A stretch of 64,000 bases of DNA, taken from Desulfosudaceae bacterium (lineage in GTDB: Bacteria; Desulfobacterota; Desulfobacteria; Desulfobacterales; Desulfosudaceae). Every line of letters starts with the position of its first letter. Positions within the stretch are counted from its first letter, which is position 1. The position numbers and the translations under genes were made by a program. Of the stretch, positions 9,557 through 20,178 are shown one piece after another. The stretch spans positions 384,001 to 448,000 of the forward strand of contig CAXXDV010000001.1 of assembly GCA_963674745.2 (NCBI GenBank). Direction: 5' to 3'. Below the pieces are notes generated by a model. It did no database searches and was not told where the DNA came from. It saw nothing but the letters and a program-made list of their open reading frames with translations.

Positions 9557-11318
9557 AAAACTGTTCCTGCTCTGCCTGCTGCTTATAACAGCGGACTGGC
9601 TTATATACGGACAAGCCCTCTCCTTCGGCCTCATCACTCAAGATGATTTTATAACCATTAACTACCCAAAAATCCACCCCAACCTCTTATCCCGGCCAAT
9701 GACCATATTCACCACTCCAATGCCCGAAAGTGCCTTCTTCTGGATGCCCGTTAGCGGCCTCTCGTTTCTTACGGACATTCTGATCTGTCCGTCCAGTTAC
9801 CATGTTCTTCACCTGACGAATCTCATTCTACATGCCTGTAATGCCATCATTCTTTTTCTCCTTTTGCATTATACAACAAAAAAAACCTGGGCAGGTTTTC
9901 TGGTGGCACTCATTTTCACGGTACATCCTTTGAATGTTGAAACGGTCGTAGTGATTACCAACAGGGCAGCCCTGCTGTCCACGTTCTTCTGGATGATGAC
10001 TATCGTGGCTTACGTATATTACGCACAACACCCGTCAGCTTGTCGATACGGCCTGATGATCATGTTTTTCGTTCTCGGCCTGATGGCCAAACCGTCCATT
10101 GCCGGTTATGTTTTCTTCCTGCCACTGCTCGATCTCTGGCCACTATACCGATGGCAACTTTCCGAAAAAAACAGCACCACCACAAGAACCAAATTTGCCA
10201 TTTCATCAACAAAAAAACTGATCTTCGAAAAAATCCCGCTCTTTGTCCTGGCCATCGGATGGGGCATGATGACCTCATATTTTTTTACCCGCATACCGTA
10301 TTACCGGTCTCCGGTCTTCGCCGAAGCCAAAACCCATATTTTTTCCAGGATCTTCAACCTCCCGGTATCCTGGTGCGGATACCTTTATAAATTTTTAGCT
10401 CCCATAAGGCTGAATTATTTCACACCGGCCCCGCCTCTGGAAAATTTTTCCATCGGCCAAGGACTTGCCGCCGCGCTGATGATTGCTGTGATCACCCTTT
10501 TTCTGTTAATTTTTCTTCGTAGATACAAACCCCTTGTAACAGGGTGGTTGTGGTTTTTAATTTGCATTACACCAGCGGCCCTGACCAACGCGCTGATGCA
10601 GAATTTTATTACCGGCCGCTACGCCTATTTCCCTATGATCGGCCTGGCAATAACAGTGGTGTGGGGTCTGTCCAGACTTGCGAAAAGGCTATCGACGAAG
10701 AGAAAACGCCTTATCCAATGGGCCCTTATCGCGCTGACGCTGGTTTTCCTCGGTCTGGCCCGGGAGCAGACGGGAAACTGGGAGAGCCTGATCTCGCTTT
10801 ACAGGCACGCGATCAGCATCGATCCGGACAAAAGCATCCACCATCTGAACCTGGGCAAAGCGCTCTATCAGAATAGGGAACTTGAGCAGGCCGTTGTCCA
10901 GTTCCACATTGCGCAAAAGCTTTGCCCGCAATGTCCCGAGCCGCTTATCAATCTCGGTTTAACTTACCGGGCCCTGAATAAGTCACAACATGCACTGATG
11001 TACTTTGAAAAGGCCCGATCCATTCAGCCGAACGATATGATTATCAATCAAAACCTGGCGACACTTTACCTGCAACAAAACCGATCTGCCGAAGCGATCA
11101 CCCTCTTGAAGGGGCTGCTTGACTGCCGGCCCGAATACTCCGTCAGCATCACCTATCATCTGGCGATGATTTACGCCCGCCAGAATAATTCTGAAAAAGC
11201 CGTCTTCTGGCTTAAAAAAAGTGCTGAAAAAAATCCGGTCGTGCTGGCCATGGCTGAACAGGAACCGGTTTTTGACAGTATCAAAAAAACGGATCAATGG
11301 CGTGATCTGCGGCCCTGA
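9540..11318 (+). CDS. TMTC-like GT-C membrane protein with C-terminal TPR repeats (probable O-glycosyltransferase)
   Basis: DD motif after TM1; HLTNLILH; HPLNVETV..I..R; LMAKP; LIFEKIPLF; RYAYFP; TPR-like tail. Confidence 0.8.
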   Translation: MAFSNKKLFLLCLLLITADWLIYGQALSFGLITQDDFITINYPKIHPNLLSRPMTIFTTPMPESAFFWMPVSGLSFLTDILICPSSYHVLHLTNLILHACNAIILFLLLHYTTKKTWAGFLVALIFTVHPLNVETVVVITNRAALLSTFFWMMTIVAYVYYAQHPSACRYGLMIMFFVLGLMAKPSIAGYVFFLPLLDLWPLYRWQLSEKNSTTTRTKFAISSTKKLIFEKIPLFVLAIGWGMMTSYFFTRIPYYRSPVFAEAKTHIFSRIFNLPVSWCGYLYKFLAPIRLNYFTPAPPLENFSIGQGLAAALMIAVITLFLLIFLRRYKPLVTGWLWFLICITPAALTNALMQNFITGRYAYFPMIGLAITVVWGLSRLAKRLSTKRKRLIQWALIALTLVFLGLAREQTGNWESLISLYRHAISIDPDKSIHHLNLGKALYQNRELEQAVVQFHIAQKLCPQCPEPLINLGLTYRALNKSQHALMYFEKARSIQPNDMIINQNLATLYLQQNRSAEAITLLKGLLDCRPEYSVSITYHLAMIYARQNNSEKAVFWLKKSAEKNPVVLAMAEQEPVFDSIKKTDQWRDLRP

Positions 11319-12752
11319 TCAGCGATAGACAATCAACTTCATACCGGTGACACATTTGCCAATAATATCCGCCGGGCCGGTTAGGTTTAACAGGTACCGT
11401 TTCAGCCGCCGGGGATGAAAGTAGTATCGCCGGTAAAATGTTTTGATCATGGCACAGATCCGGGCTTCGTCGATCCCGGCGGTCCAGAGGGTTATCCTGG
11501 AATTGGCCTCCGGCGCCCGGACGAATCTCTGGAACCATTCACGGTCATAGTTCGGATCATCGCTGGCTTCTTCAAAAATTCTCGTCCCGGGAAAAGGAAT
11601 AAGCGGATTACAGAAGACATAATCCGCGTCAAGCTTGAAAACAAAACTGAAGGTGTTCTGAATGTTCTCTTCTGTCTCCCAGGGGAAACCTATGATAATA
11701 TTAGCGACTGACATCACCCCGCTATTCCGGCACATGGAAAACGCCTGATCAATCTGTTCTCGGGAGATGTGCTTGTTGATTCGCCTCAAGGTATAAGCAT
11801 TAGCGGATTCAATGCCGAACTGGATGCGCTCGCAACCGGCCGAGGCCATTTCCCTCAACAACTCCCGATCAATACAGTCCACGCGCGTCTGGCAGGACCA
11901 GGGCAAACAGACCCCGCTTTTTTTTATAAACCGGCAGAGATCAAATACATGGTCCCGGGAAAAGGTGAACACGTCGTCGCTGAACTGTATGGAGCGATAC
12001 CCCATATCTTTACAGACCAGCATTTCTTCGGTCACCAGAGAAGAATCGCGAGGCAGAAAATAGCGCTCCTGGTTGTTGCAGAAACTGCAGTTATAAGGAC
12101 AGCCGCGGCTGGCCACCATCAAGGCGCATGGATGATGACGATTTACAGAGAATCGATGTTGTTTTATGTCAAGCACGCTTCTATCCGGAAACGGCAACGC
12201 GTCGAGAGCGCTTTTATCGAGCCAGGTCGGCGGCGTTTGCACTATCCGGCCCATCACCCGGCAGGTCGTCCCTGGAATACCGTCCAACGACCGGGATTGC
12301 CGCACCCGTTCGACAATCTCCATCAGCGGAATTTCGCCCTGCCCCTGAACGGTAATGTCGAACCGTCCACGTTCCAGCGTGTCTTCGGGGTAAGTCCACA
12401 TGTGCGGTCCCCCTCCGACGATAATCGTATCCGGAAGATACTTACGGATGGTATCCGTCAGCAGGCAGGTACCGTACCAGAAAGGGGAAATCACGGAAAG
12501 GGCGATGATGTCCGGCTGAAACTGCTTCAAATGATCGATAAACCGCCCAATTTTAGGTTGGTTTGGTGTCTGAAAGTTGAAAAGGTCAACCTCTGCCCGG
12601 GTATTCTCCTCCAGATAACTCTTGATGTATAACAAGCCCAAAGGCGGGGCGAAATCATGCATACGAAATGCAATACGATCATTAATACTCGGGAATATCA
12701 TGCGGCCCGTTTGGGGGGGATTAATCAGCAGTATGCGAATATGTCCGGACAT
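11319..12752 (-). CDS. B12-binding-domain radical SAM protein
   Basis: LLINPP...PPLGLLYI; GGGPH; SRGCPYNCSFC; FGIES; IIGFPWE; PFPGT. Confidence 0.9.
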   Translation of the reverse strand: MSGHIRILLINPPQTGRMIFPSINDRIAFRMHDFAPPLGLLYIKSYLEENTRAEVDLFNFQTPNQPKIGRFIDHLKQFQPDIIALSVISPFWYGTCLLTDTIRKYLPDTIIVGGGPHMWTYPEDTLERGRFDITVQGQGEIPLMEIVERVRQSRSLDGIPGTTCRVMGRIVQTPPTWLDKSALDALPFPDRSVLDIKQHRFSVNRHHPCALMVASRGCPYNCSFCNNQERYFLPRDSSLVTEEMLVCKDMGYRSIQFSDDVFTFSRDHVFDLCRFIKKSGVCLPWSCQTRVDCIDRELLREMASAGCERIQFGIESANAYTLRRINKHISREQIDQAFSMCRNSGVMSVANIIIGFPWETEENIQNTFSFVFKLDADYVFCNPLIPFPGTRIFEEASDDPNYDREWFQRFVRAPEANSRITLWTAGIDEARICAMIKTFYRRYYFHPRRLKRYLLNLTGPADIIGKCVTGMKLIVYR

Positions 12753-12967
12753 AATTACCGTAATTTAGTGCACCGTTTTAAAAACATTAAAAAACTTCGG
12801 AGAGCAAGTCAAACCAAATATCTTTCTGCCTTGCCGTTCCCGGCGATGGATGGCGGTTGAAACGACAGGATTTCGATATAATCGGAACAGGGCACAGGTT
12901 GAAAAGTTACACCAGGTTTACCTCACGCGGCCGGCTTCGTCAAGCAGATCATATCGGCCGAAAATGG

Positions 12968-13865
12968 TTATCGGTTATAGAAATAAACCCGGGTCGGAGG
13001 TTGTAGCGTATCCCCCCAGAAACGGGTCCTGATTTTCCGAAAACGCCGAACAAACTCAGGCCGAATGCCGCCAAACGCTCAAAAGCCGTTGTCGGTCCGA
13101 AGTCGCTTTCAATATCGGCCAGAATCATCGCCGGCGTCCCCCGCATTTCCGGACTGGGGAGCAGGCGAGACATGACCCGGAGTAATATATGGATTCAACA
13201 CCCATTTCGGCCAGTTTCTCAGCGCCAAAAGCCACCCCTTTATCGGCCGACGCGAAAATAAACAGCCGATATTACTTTCCCGATCTGATGATACCTTTTC
13301 GCAATTCTTCGGCGCATTGCAGATCCAGCAGAAAGTTATCATCACCCAGAATGCTGACGGCGTCGGTCCGATGAAGTTTTGTGGCCCTTTCGATTTCTTT
13401 AAAAAGTACTTTACCGGACTTAAAGAAACGGATATGTCGTTTACCGAAAAAGTGCCTCGGGCAGCAGAAATCACCCCCATACGAACACCCCAGTCCCACT
13501 GCGATATGGGGCGAGCCAAGACGTCGCAGGGGCACCCCCATGGCCTCCCGCACTTGACTTACGGTATCCGGATTTTTAAATTTAAAATGTTCCGGCAAGC
13601 CCAGCAAGTGACGCACAAATGTGATTCCCTCGCCCACGCAGACATGGTCCACTTCCAGTATTTTCTCGATGTCGGGTATGGCCGCACAGAAACCGCCAAT
13701 AACGACAAGTGATCGCGGGGACAACGTCCTGATCGTCTCGACCATTTTTTTGACTTTTAGAAAATTGGGCTTAATGGCGCTGATATCGACAATATCGTGC
13801 CACTTTCTAACCTCCTTCTGCCCCCCCCTGAAGAAGGGGAAGTCCAGCACAGTCACCGGCGTATC
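12968..13865 (-). pseudogene. Decayed paralog of the radical SAM gene at 5735-7357
   Basis: Collinear similarity (DTPVTVLD, GLGCSYGGDFC, HFFGK, GDDNFL). In-frame TAA at 13272-13274 is followed by continued homology (LFIFASADK..FGAEKLAEMGV). Then a large deletion and a frameshifted C-terminal piece (FGPTTAFE; RTRFWGDTLQP). N-terminus is missing. Confidence 0.85.
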
Positions 13866-14070
13866 ATCTTGATCTGGTGAACAAAAAAGGTTTTCAGTAT
13901 ATGATGATTTATCGAAAAATCCAATTATCGGGTCGTAATATTTTCCTTTAGCCCGTCGTCAAGGACAAATAACGGTCAAAAAAAACTTTTCTTTTGGCGA
14001 ACGCTTGTGTATCTTCTTCATATAAAAAACGCCTCCAAAGAGGCATCATGCTGAACAATAACAACTTCTG

Positions 14071-15489
14071 ATGAAACCTTATCGCGTACTTTTTATTAAA
14101 CCACCTGACAGCGACGTAAATGTTCTTGCACTGGATGTCCCGTTGGGAATATTATACCTGTCCGCCTGTTTAAAAAAAGATCTCGGCCAGAAGGTAGCAG
14201 TTGATTTTATTGACCTGCGCCTGGAAAAAACCGCCCCTCAGCCTCTGACCGCAAAGATAAAATCCTTTTCTCCGGACCTGATCGGCATCAGCCTGCTGGC
14301 TTTTAACCGGCTTTTTATTAAACGGTACATCTCACTGATCAAGGAGCTAGAGCCTTCGGCCGCCATTGTCATTGGCGGTCCCGGCGCCACCTATGGCTAT
14401 GATGAATTCCTCCAACAACACCCGGAAATTGACGCCGCAGTGCTTTGGGAGGGTGAGGCTTCCTTTCCGCGGCTGGTCAAAGCGTTTATGTCAGGCGGTG
14501 ATATTAAAACCGTCAGCGGTATCGCCTGCCGGGAAGGCGACCGGGTCGTTCTTACCGAAAAAGCCGATTACATCCAGAATCTGGACAGCCTGCCCTTTCC
14601 CGACTACGATTTGATTCCTTTTGAACGATACTGGGGAGAAGAACCGCAACCGCAAATGAACGGTGTACTTGCCGACAAAAAATACACGCACATCATCAGT
14701 TCCCGGGGCTGCCCGTTTAACTGCATCTACTGCCACAAGATATTCGGCCAAAAATTAAGAAGCCGCAGTCCGGAAAACTTTGTCAATGAAATCAGATGGC
14801 TCAATCAGGCCTACGGTGTCCGGGAATTTCACATTGTGGATGATAATTTCAACTTTGACCGGGAGCGGATGCACATTATTCTGAATATGATCATCGACAA
14901 TCAGCTGGACATCAAGATGGCCTTTCCCAATGGCTTGAGGGCAGACATGCTGGAACCCGAGGATCTGGACCTGTTGAAAAAAGCCGGTGCTTACATGGTC
15001 ACCTTCGCCGTCGAAACAGCTTCTCCACGGCTCCAGAAAATCATCCGGAAAAACCTGAATATTGATAAGGTGACTGAAAATATCAATTACGCCGCATCCA
15101 TCGGCCTGATTGTGAAAAGTTTTTTTATGCTTGGGTTTCCCGGTGAAACACCGGAAGAAATTCATCAGACCATCAATTATGCCGTAAAATCAAAACTTGA
15201 CCTGGCCCATTTCTTTACCGTTACCCCTTTTCCCGGTACTGCTTTAAGACAGTTGGCCGAGGAGACCTATCCGGACTGGCAGGATCAGGCGCTTTATCAC
15301 TACTGGCCGGACGAACCTTTTTACCAGCAGGCCACCGGCTACAACCTCAACCGCATGCAGAAAAAGGCATACCTGAGGTTCTATGGATCACCCCGGATGT
15401 TCAAAACATTCTACAAGTCCCCACTGAAACTGAAACGGCTGAAAAAATGGGCCCTGTTTGCTGCCCAAATTCTCTGGAAAAAGAACTAA
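14071..15489 (+). CDS. B12-binding-domain radical SAM protein
   Basis: FIKPP...PLGILYL; IGGP; EGE; SRGCPFNCIYC; DDNF; PNGLRAD; MLGFPGE; PFPGT. Confidence 0.9.
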   Translation: MKPYRVLFIKPPDSDVNVLALDVPLGILYLSACLKKDLGQKVAVDFIDLRLEKTAPQPLTAKIKSFSPDLIGISLLAFNRLFIKRYISLIKELEPSAAIVIGGPGATYGYDEFLQQHPEIDAAVLWEGEASFPRLVKAFMSGGDIKTVSGIACREGDRVVLTEKADYIQNLDSLPFPDYDLIPFERYWGEEPQPQMNGVLADKKYTHIISSRGCPFNCIYCHKIFGQKLRSRSPENFVNEIRWLNQAYGVREFHIVDDNFNFDRERMHIILNMIIDNQLDIKMAFPNGLRADMLEPEDLDLLKKAGAYMVTFAVETASPRLQKIIRKNLNIDKVTENINYAASIGLIVKSFFMLGFPGETPEEIHQTINYAVKSKLDLAHFFTVTPFPGTALRQLAEETYPDWQDQALYHYWPDEPFYQQATGYNLNRMQKKAYLRFYGSPRMFKTFYKSPLKLKRLKKWALFAAQILWKKN

Positions 15490-15499
15490 CCCGGATATA

Positions 15500-18151
15500 T
15501 CAACGTGTTCTGTCATCCGGCCCGTAGGCCTCTACCTCGTTCAACGACAGTACACACATGCCCGAAGCTTTTATATTGATATACCGCAGGGATTCTACCG
15601 GTTCAAAGACCAGTGCCTGGCAGTCTTTCCGGCTTAAAGTGCGGATCCGGGTTTCCCGCCACTGATTGCCATCCTCAGAAATTGACACGACCAGAGGCGG
15701 GCAATTGAGCTGATCATCGAAAAAGCCGGTACACAAGAAAATCCGCTCCACTAGAAATGAACGCCCCAGATCAACCTGCCACCAGGGTGTTTCCTGCCGA
15801 TCGGTAAAAAAACAAGAATCCATTCCCCGGCCGCCGTCAACCGCGTGACGGCTGTTGTAGAGATAAGGATAACCCGGTTTATGACTGCTCATCTGCGTCG
15901 CCTTGCCGAATGCCAGATTGATCGGCGCTGATGCCGGCCGAGACCGCCAACTGTAACGGGTACCGAGGTTGTCGCCGGTATAAAGGCTGGCATACCATAA
16001 CCAAAACAGACCGGCCCCCACGATAATGCCGGCGATGGCGATACCCGCCCCGTAAAACCCGGAGACACGCCGTATACCGACCAGGATGATCACCATACCC
16101 AGCGTCAGGCAGCTGATCACCATACCGTAAAAAGCGGCACTGCTCCAATATCGAAATTCTACTGTATGCTTACCGGGGGTAAGCCAAACAGCGTGGGCCA
16201 CACCGTTGGCCGGCCAGGTAACTGTTTTTCGGCCATCTACACGGGCCTGCCAGTGTCCGGAACGGGGGTATGAAAACACAAAAAATGACGGGCGGCAGGC
16301 TGTGGCGGAAAAAACCATTCGATTATAGGCGCTGTAGGTCAGATTGACCTGATCTTGTACAGATTCACAATTTTCATATTTCAAGGGTGAGACGGGTAAA
16401 GCTGAAAAGCCTTCAATAATAACCTCGTCCGCCTGCCGGTCGTCGTTCAACATCCGATATGCTTCATCAATATCAGAAGCAACGCTAAAGCGACGGTATA
16501 TTTTTGCCAGATCCGGCGCCATGAAATAGTTGTTTAACTGACGGACGATAATGCGGCTACCCGCGTGCTGGTTTAAAAAAAATACCGGTTGAAAATTAAT
16601 GGCTGCTTTTTTTTGCGCCAGGATCTGATCATATGTCAGTGTTTTCTCTTTTGGCACAATGGCATAAGGGCCAAAACGAAAGAAAACCAGCAACTGGACA
16701 ACCGTGAACACGGCCAGAAGAAGCCCAGCACCCCTGCGATGACCGGCAGGGAAAAAACAAACCGACACCAGGCACAGGATAACCAGGCTGATTGTCAGAG
16801 AAAACGGTCTGACCCATCCCGGAATGGATCGGATATGATACGGACAGCCATAGTTGACATTTTCAAAAAAATGGCCCGGCAGGCAGAGATAAACCACTAC
16901 CAGAATAAAAGCCACTATGGCCGTAACGGCCACCGGGTTGAACGGCGTGCCCCCGCCCGGCTCTGAAACAGTTGCCGCCAGCCATGTCAGAACCATCATA
17001 AACAGAAGGGGAAGCATGAGGGCGATCCGCCCCGGCCCGCGAAGGGCCGAAATCAGGGGAATATGTTCCCAGGCCCAGCGATGAACCGTTGTCAGGGGAC
17101 CCTGCATGTAAAAACAGACGATAACAATGACTCCGAGCAGGGCCCAGATCACCGGCGGCACTTTTATCCGGAAAAAGACCAACACCACCGGCGCGATCAC
17201 GGCGATCAGGAAAAGCGGCGATCCGCCGAACATGGAAAATCCCGACCCCAGGGGGAAAAAGAAATTATTCAGAAAACCCGGCAGGGTGTCGGTCCATTGA
17301 ACAGCCCATTGATAGGTCTGATCAACCCTGCCCGAGCTGTTGCGCATATAATCCCAGAAAAAAGGCAACAGGTAGGCGGATGAAAGCAGCATACCCGTGC
17401 CACAAAAAAGCCCGGTTTTCCCCCAGAAACGGACAATTTCTTTCAAACCGCTTTTTTTTGCACCCCTTGAAATCGAATTGTAAAGAAACGGCAAAGTCAA
17501 AGCGAATATCACCGTCCCAATCACACCATAAAACACCATGGGCGGAAAATCACTGGTAATCAGCCAGTAAGTGGTGCCGACAATCAGCAACGGGGGGCGC
17601 CAGCCGGTTTGTTTCAGGTAATAACAGCCGATGGCGCTACAGAGCAACAATGTACCGGTATATGCTTCCAGGGCGGTAGCGTTCCAGAAGATCGCCAGCA
17701 TGCGAAGGTTATAAACAGTAATCAGCGAAAAGATAAAAGCCGTGGTCGGCCCCAGCCGCATTTGCTTTAGAAACCGGAACAGGCAAAAATGGCAGAAGGC
17801 CAAGATGATCAACCTGAAAAGGGTAATCCATTCCAGCGAATACCCCTGCCAGAAACCCGGCATAAATGTGGCCAGGTAACCCATGGGATGATAGAGCTGG
17901 GCATGCGGATAAACCGAAGACTGGCCGTAATAACAGGCCGGGGCGTACAGCGGGAAAGAACCGCTTTTTACGGAAAACAACAGATCAAGCTGGTGATATA
18001 CATGATAATTGATATAATCGCTACCGAGCGACTGGCTGGAAACAAACGGCAACATCCAGTAAAACAGTACCAACGGCAGCAGAAATATTATCAGGTGAAC
18101 AAAACCGTTTTCTGAGAATCGTTTTTTCAATGTTAGATAAAATTGTCCCAT
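15500..18151 (-). CDS. YfhO-family membrane protein (GT-C-like) with C-terminal discoidin/F5/8-type (fucolectin-like) domain
   Basis: GSD motif and GSFPLY; many TM segments; WQARVDG...GKHTVEFRY (YfhO-type C-domain); NLAFGKATQMSS..AVDG..PWWQVDLG..RYI..LNEVEAY (discoidin). Confidence 0.75.
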   Translation of the reverse strand: MGQFYLTLKKRFSENGFVHLIIFLLPLVLFYWMLPFVSSQSLGSDYINYHVYHQLDLLFSVKSGSFPLYAPACYYGQSSVYPHAQLYHPMGYLATFMPGFWQGYSLEWITLFRLIILAFCHFCLFRFLKQMRLGPTTAFIFSLITVYNLRMLAIFWNATALEAYTGTLLLCSAIGCYYLKQTGWRPPLLIVGTTYWLITSDFPPMVFYGVIGTVIFALTLPFLYNSISRGAKKSGLKEIVRFWGKTGLFCGTGMLLSSAYLLPFFWDYMRNSSGRVDQTYQWAVQWTDTLPGFLNNFFFPLGSGFSMFGGSPLFLIAVIAPVVLVFFRIKVPPVIWALLGVIVIVCFYMQGPLTTVHRWAWEHIPLISALRGPGRIALMLPLLFMMVLTWLAATVSEPGGGTPFNPVAVTAIVAFILVVVYLCLPGHFFENVNYGCPYHIRSIPGWVRPFSLTISLVILCLVSVCFFPAGHRRGAGLLLAVFTVVQLLVFFRFGPYAIVPKEKTLTYDQILAQKKAAINFQPVFFLNQHAGSRIIVRQLNNYFMAPDLAKIYRRFSVASDIDEAYRMLNDDRQADEVIIEGFSALPVSPLKYENCESVQDQVNLTYSAYNRMVFSATACRPSFFVFSYPRSGHWQARVDGRKTVTWPANGVAHAVWLTPGKHTVEFRYWSSAAFYGMVISCLTLGMVIILVGIRRVSGFYGAGIAIAGIIVGAGLFWLWYASLYTGDNLGTRYSWRSRPASAPINLAFGKATQMSSHKPGYPYLYNSRHAVDGGRGMDSCFFTDRQETPWWQVDLGRSFLVERIFLCTGFFDDQLNCPPLVVSISEDGNQWRETRIRTLSRKDCQALVFEPVESLRYINIKASGMCVLSLNEVEAYGPDDRTR

Positions 18152-18781
18152 CTCAATTTTTATAAGGCAGCCACCTTCCCAAATTGTTTAATATATAACA
18201 CATTGTATGAAAATATAAAGTTTGGTCGGTTTTCAATGTTTGAACATATCAGCGCTGCGCAAATTATTGTGAGATATCACCGTCCGGATTTTCTCATTTA
18301 TTAGTTAGAAAGGGTATGCTATTCAATATTTAAATTGATATTCGGAATCCGGCATGCCTTGCCAGTATTAACCTGTTCAGCAACACAAACAGCCAGACGT
18401 TTTCCCATGTCATATATCACCGCCCCCCGGAGTGCAGGGTTTCATTTTACTGGATGCCGAATCCGAATTTTAATCAAATGCAAGAACAGGGCGCAGTATG
18501 ACTGGAACCGGGTCCATGTCACCTGTCTTCAGTCCCGAATGAAAAAAATGTTGGAAATTTTGTCCATACCTAGCCTATGTATTGATAAGAAATTCGACGA
18601 ATATCTTGTTCCAGGCTGGCTTCACCCGGCCATTAGCTGTTACCGGCCTCTGGCCCGGATAAGGAAGAAAACATTATGCCACAATTTTCCGGTGTAAACG
18701 GCAGGGGCCAAGGGCCTTCTGAAACGGATGGCTCAGTGCAGGGGCCGACCACAGCCCTGGACATTATAGAAACGAGTTGGT

Positions 18782-20178
18782 ATGCCCAGAATACTGCTTA
18801 TTAAGCCCTATTCTTACAGCGACGTCATCACCCCCCCCCCCTGGGACTGGGTTACTTGGCGGCGAATCTGGATCAGAACACCGAGGTAATGATTTTTGAC
18901 GGTGTCCGGGACCAGTTGACACCCTCAAAGCTGACGGAGACAATCAAATTGTTTCAACCGGACATGGTCGGGTTATCAATTGTGTCTGCAGCATCAAAGA
19001 CGGTCCTTGATGATATCCGGGTTGTCCGTCGCCTTCTGCCCGACGCCGTCATTGTCGCCGGCGGTCCGCACCCCAGCCTGTTGCCCCACGAATTCAACGC
19101 GGCCGCGGAGGACAGTATTGACTATATATTACGTGGCGATGCTGAAACGGCATTCAGGATGCTGGTGGCGCGATGCTGGAATCAACGCAGCCGGGATATT
19201 TCCAGCCGGGACATCGCGGATATCCCGGGAATCTGGTCAAAAACACGGGACGGTATGGTTTCTTCGGATATACCGCTCAACCAGGCCTGTGATGAACTCG
19301 GCATCCCGGCATGGGATTTAATGCCGCCGGCCGAATATCCCAGGGTTCCTCAGGGGGAATTTTTCAAAAATTTTCCTGTGGCCCCGGTAATTACCAGTCG
19401 TGGATGTCCCTTTGAATGCGGTTTCTGCAGCGTGGCGGCTTTGAAGGGAAAAACGGTTCGGTTTCGCAGCCCCGACCTGATCGCCGACGAAATTCAACTC
19501 CTGAAAAACAAATTCGGCGTAAAAGAAATCCAGTTTGTTGACGACAATCTTACGGTTTCCAAAGAACACGTGCTGAGCGTCTGCGAAGCCATGCTAAACA
19601 GGAATCTAGACATTCCCTGGTCTTGCCCCAACGGTGTTCGAGTCGATACCCTGGATGATGACATTGTCGAGGCCATGAAAGCTGCCGGATGTTATTCTGT
19701 TTCCGTTGGTCTGGAAACCGCCAATCCCGACGTTCTGGAACGAATGAACAAGCATCTTGATCCGGATAAAGCCATCGAAGCCGTTCACCGGGTTGCCCGC
19801 AAAAAGATAGAGGTCAACGGCTTTTTTATTTTAGGTTATCCAGGCGACAATGAGGCGAACATTAAAGACACGATCCGCCTGGCCAAACGACTGCCTTTGA
19901 CCCGGGCACACTTCATGCTTTTTACGCCTTTCCCGGGTAGCCGGGAATACGAACGGCTGTCCCGGGTTTCCGGGAATCGTGTACCACATGACGCCACTTT
20001 TGCCCAGGTCTCTTATGTGCCACACGGGATGACGAAAAAGGATCTTAAACGTCTTCACCGACGGGCATTTATCGAATTCTACGCCCGTCCTGCTGCCGCT
20101 TGGAAGCTGGTGAAGGCAGTAAATTCTCTGAACGGGCTTTACTATTTTCTGCGAAGAACGTTTCACTGGTTGGGATAA
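18782..20178 (+). CDS. B12-binding-domain radical SAM gene, frameshifted at a C11 tract near the 5' end
   Basis: ATG 18782 gives MPRILLIKPYSYSDVITPP; the expected LGLGYLAA continuation is in the 18856 frame. SRGCPFECGFC, PNGVRVD and PFPGS are intact downstream. Confidence 0.85.
18831..18841 (+). repeat. Poly-C homopolymer (C11)
   Basis: Sequence atca-ccccccccccc-tggg. C9 or C12 would restore the reading frame. Confidence 0.9.

Noticed and set aside
18335..18781. 120-aa ORF, or a remnant of a GT28-like gene (LLKRMAQ..PTTALDII)
   Set aside because: No RBS or recognisable domain, and the similarity is too short to support by eye.
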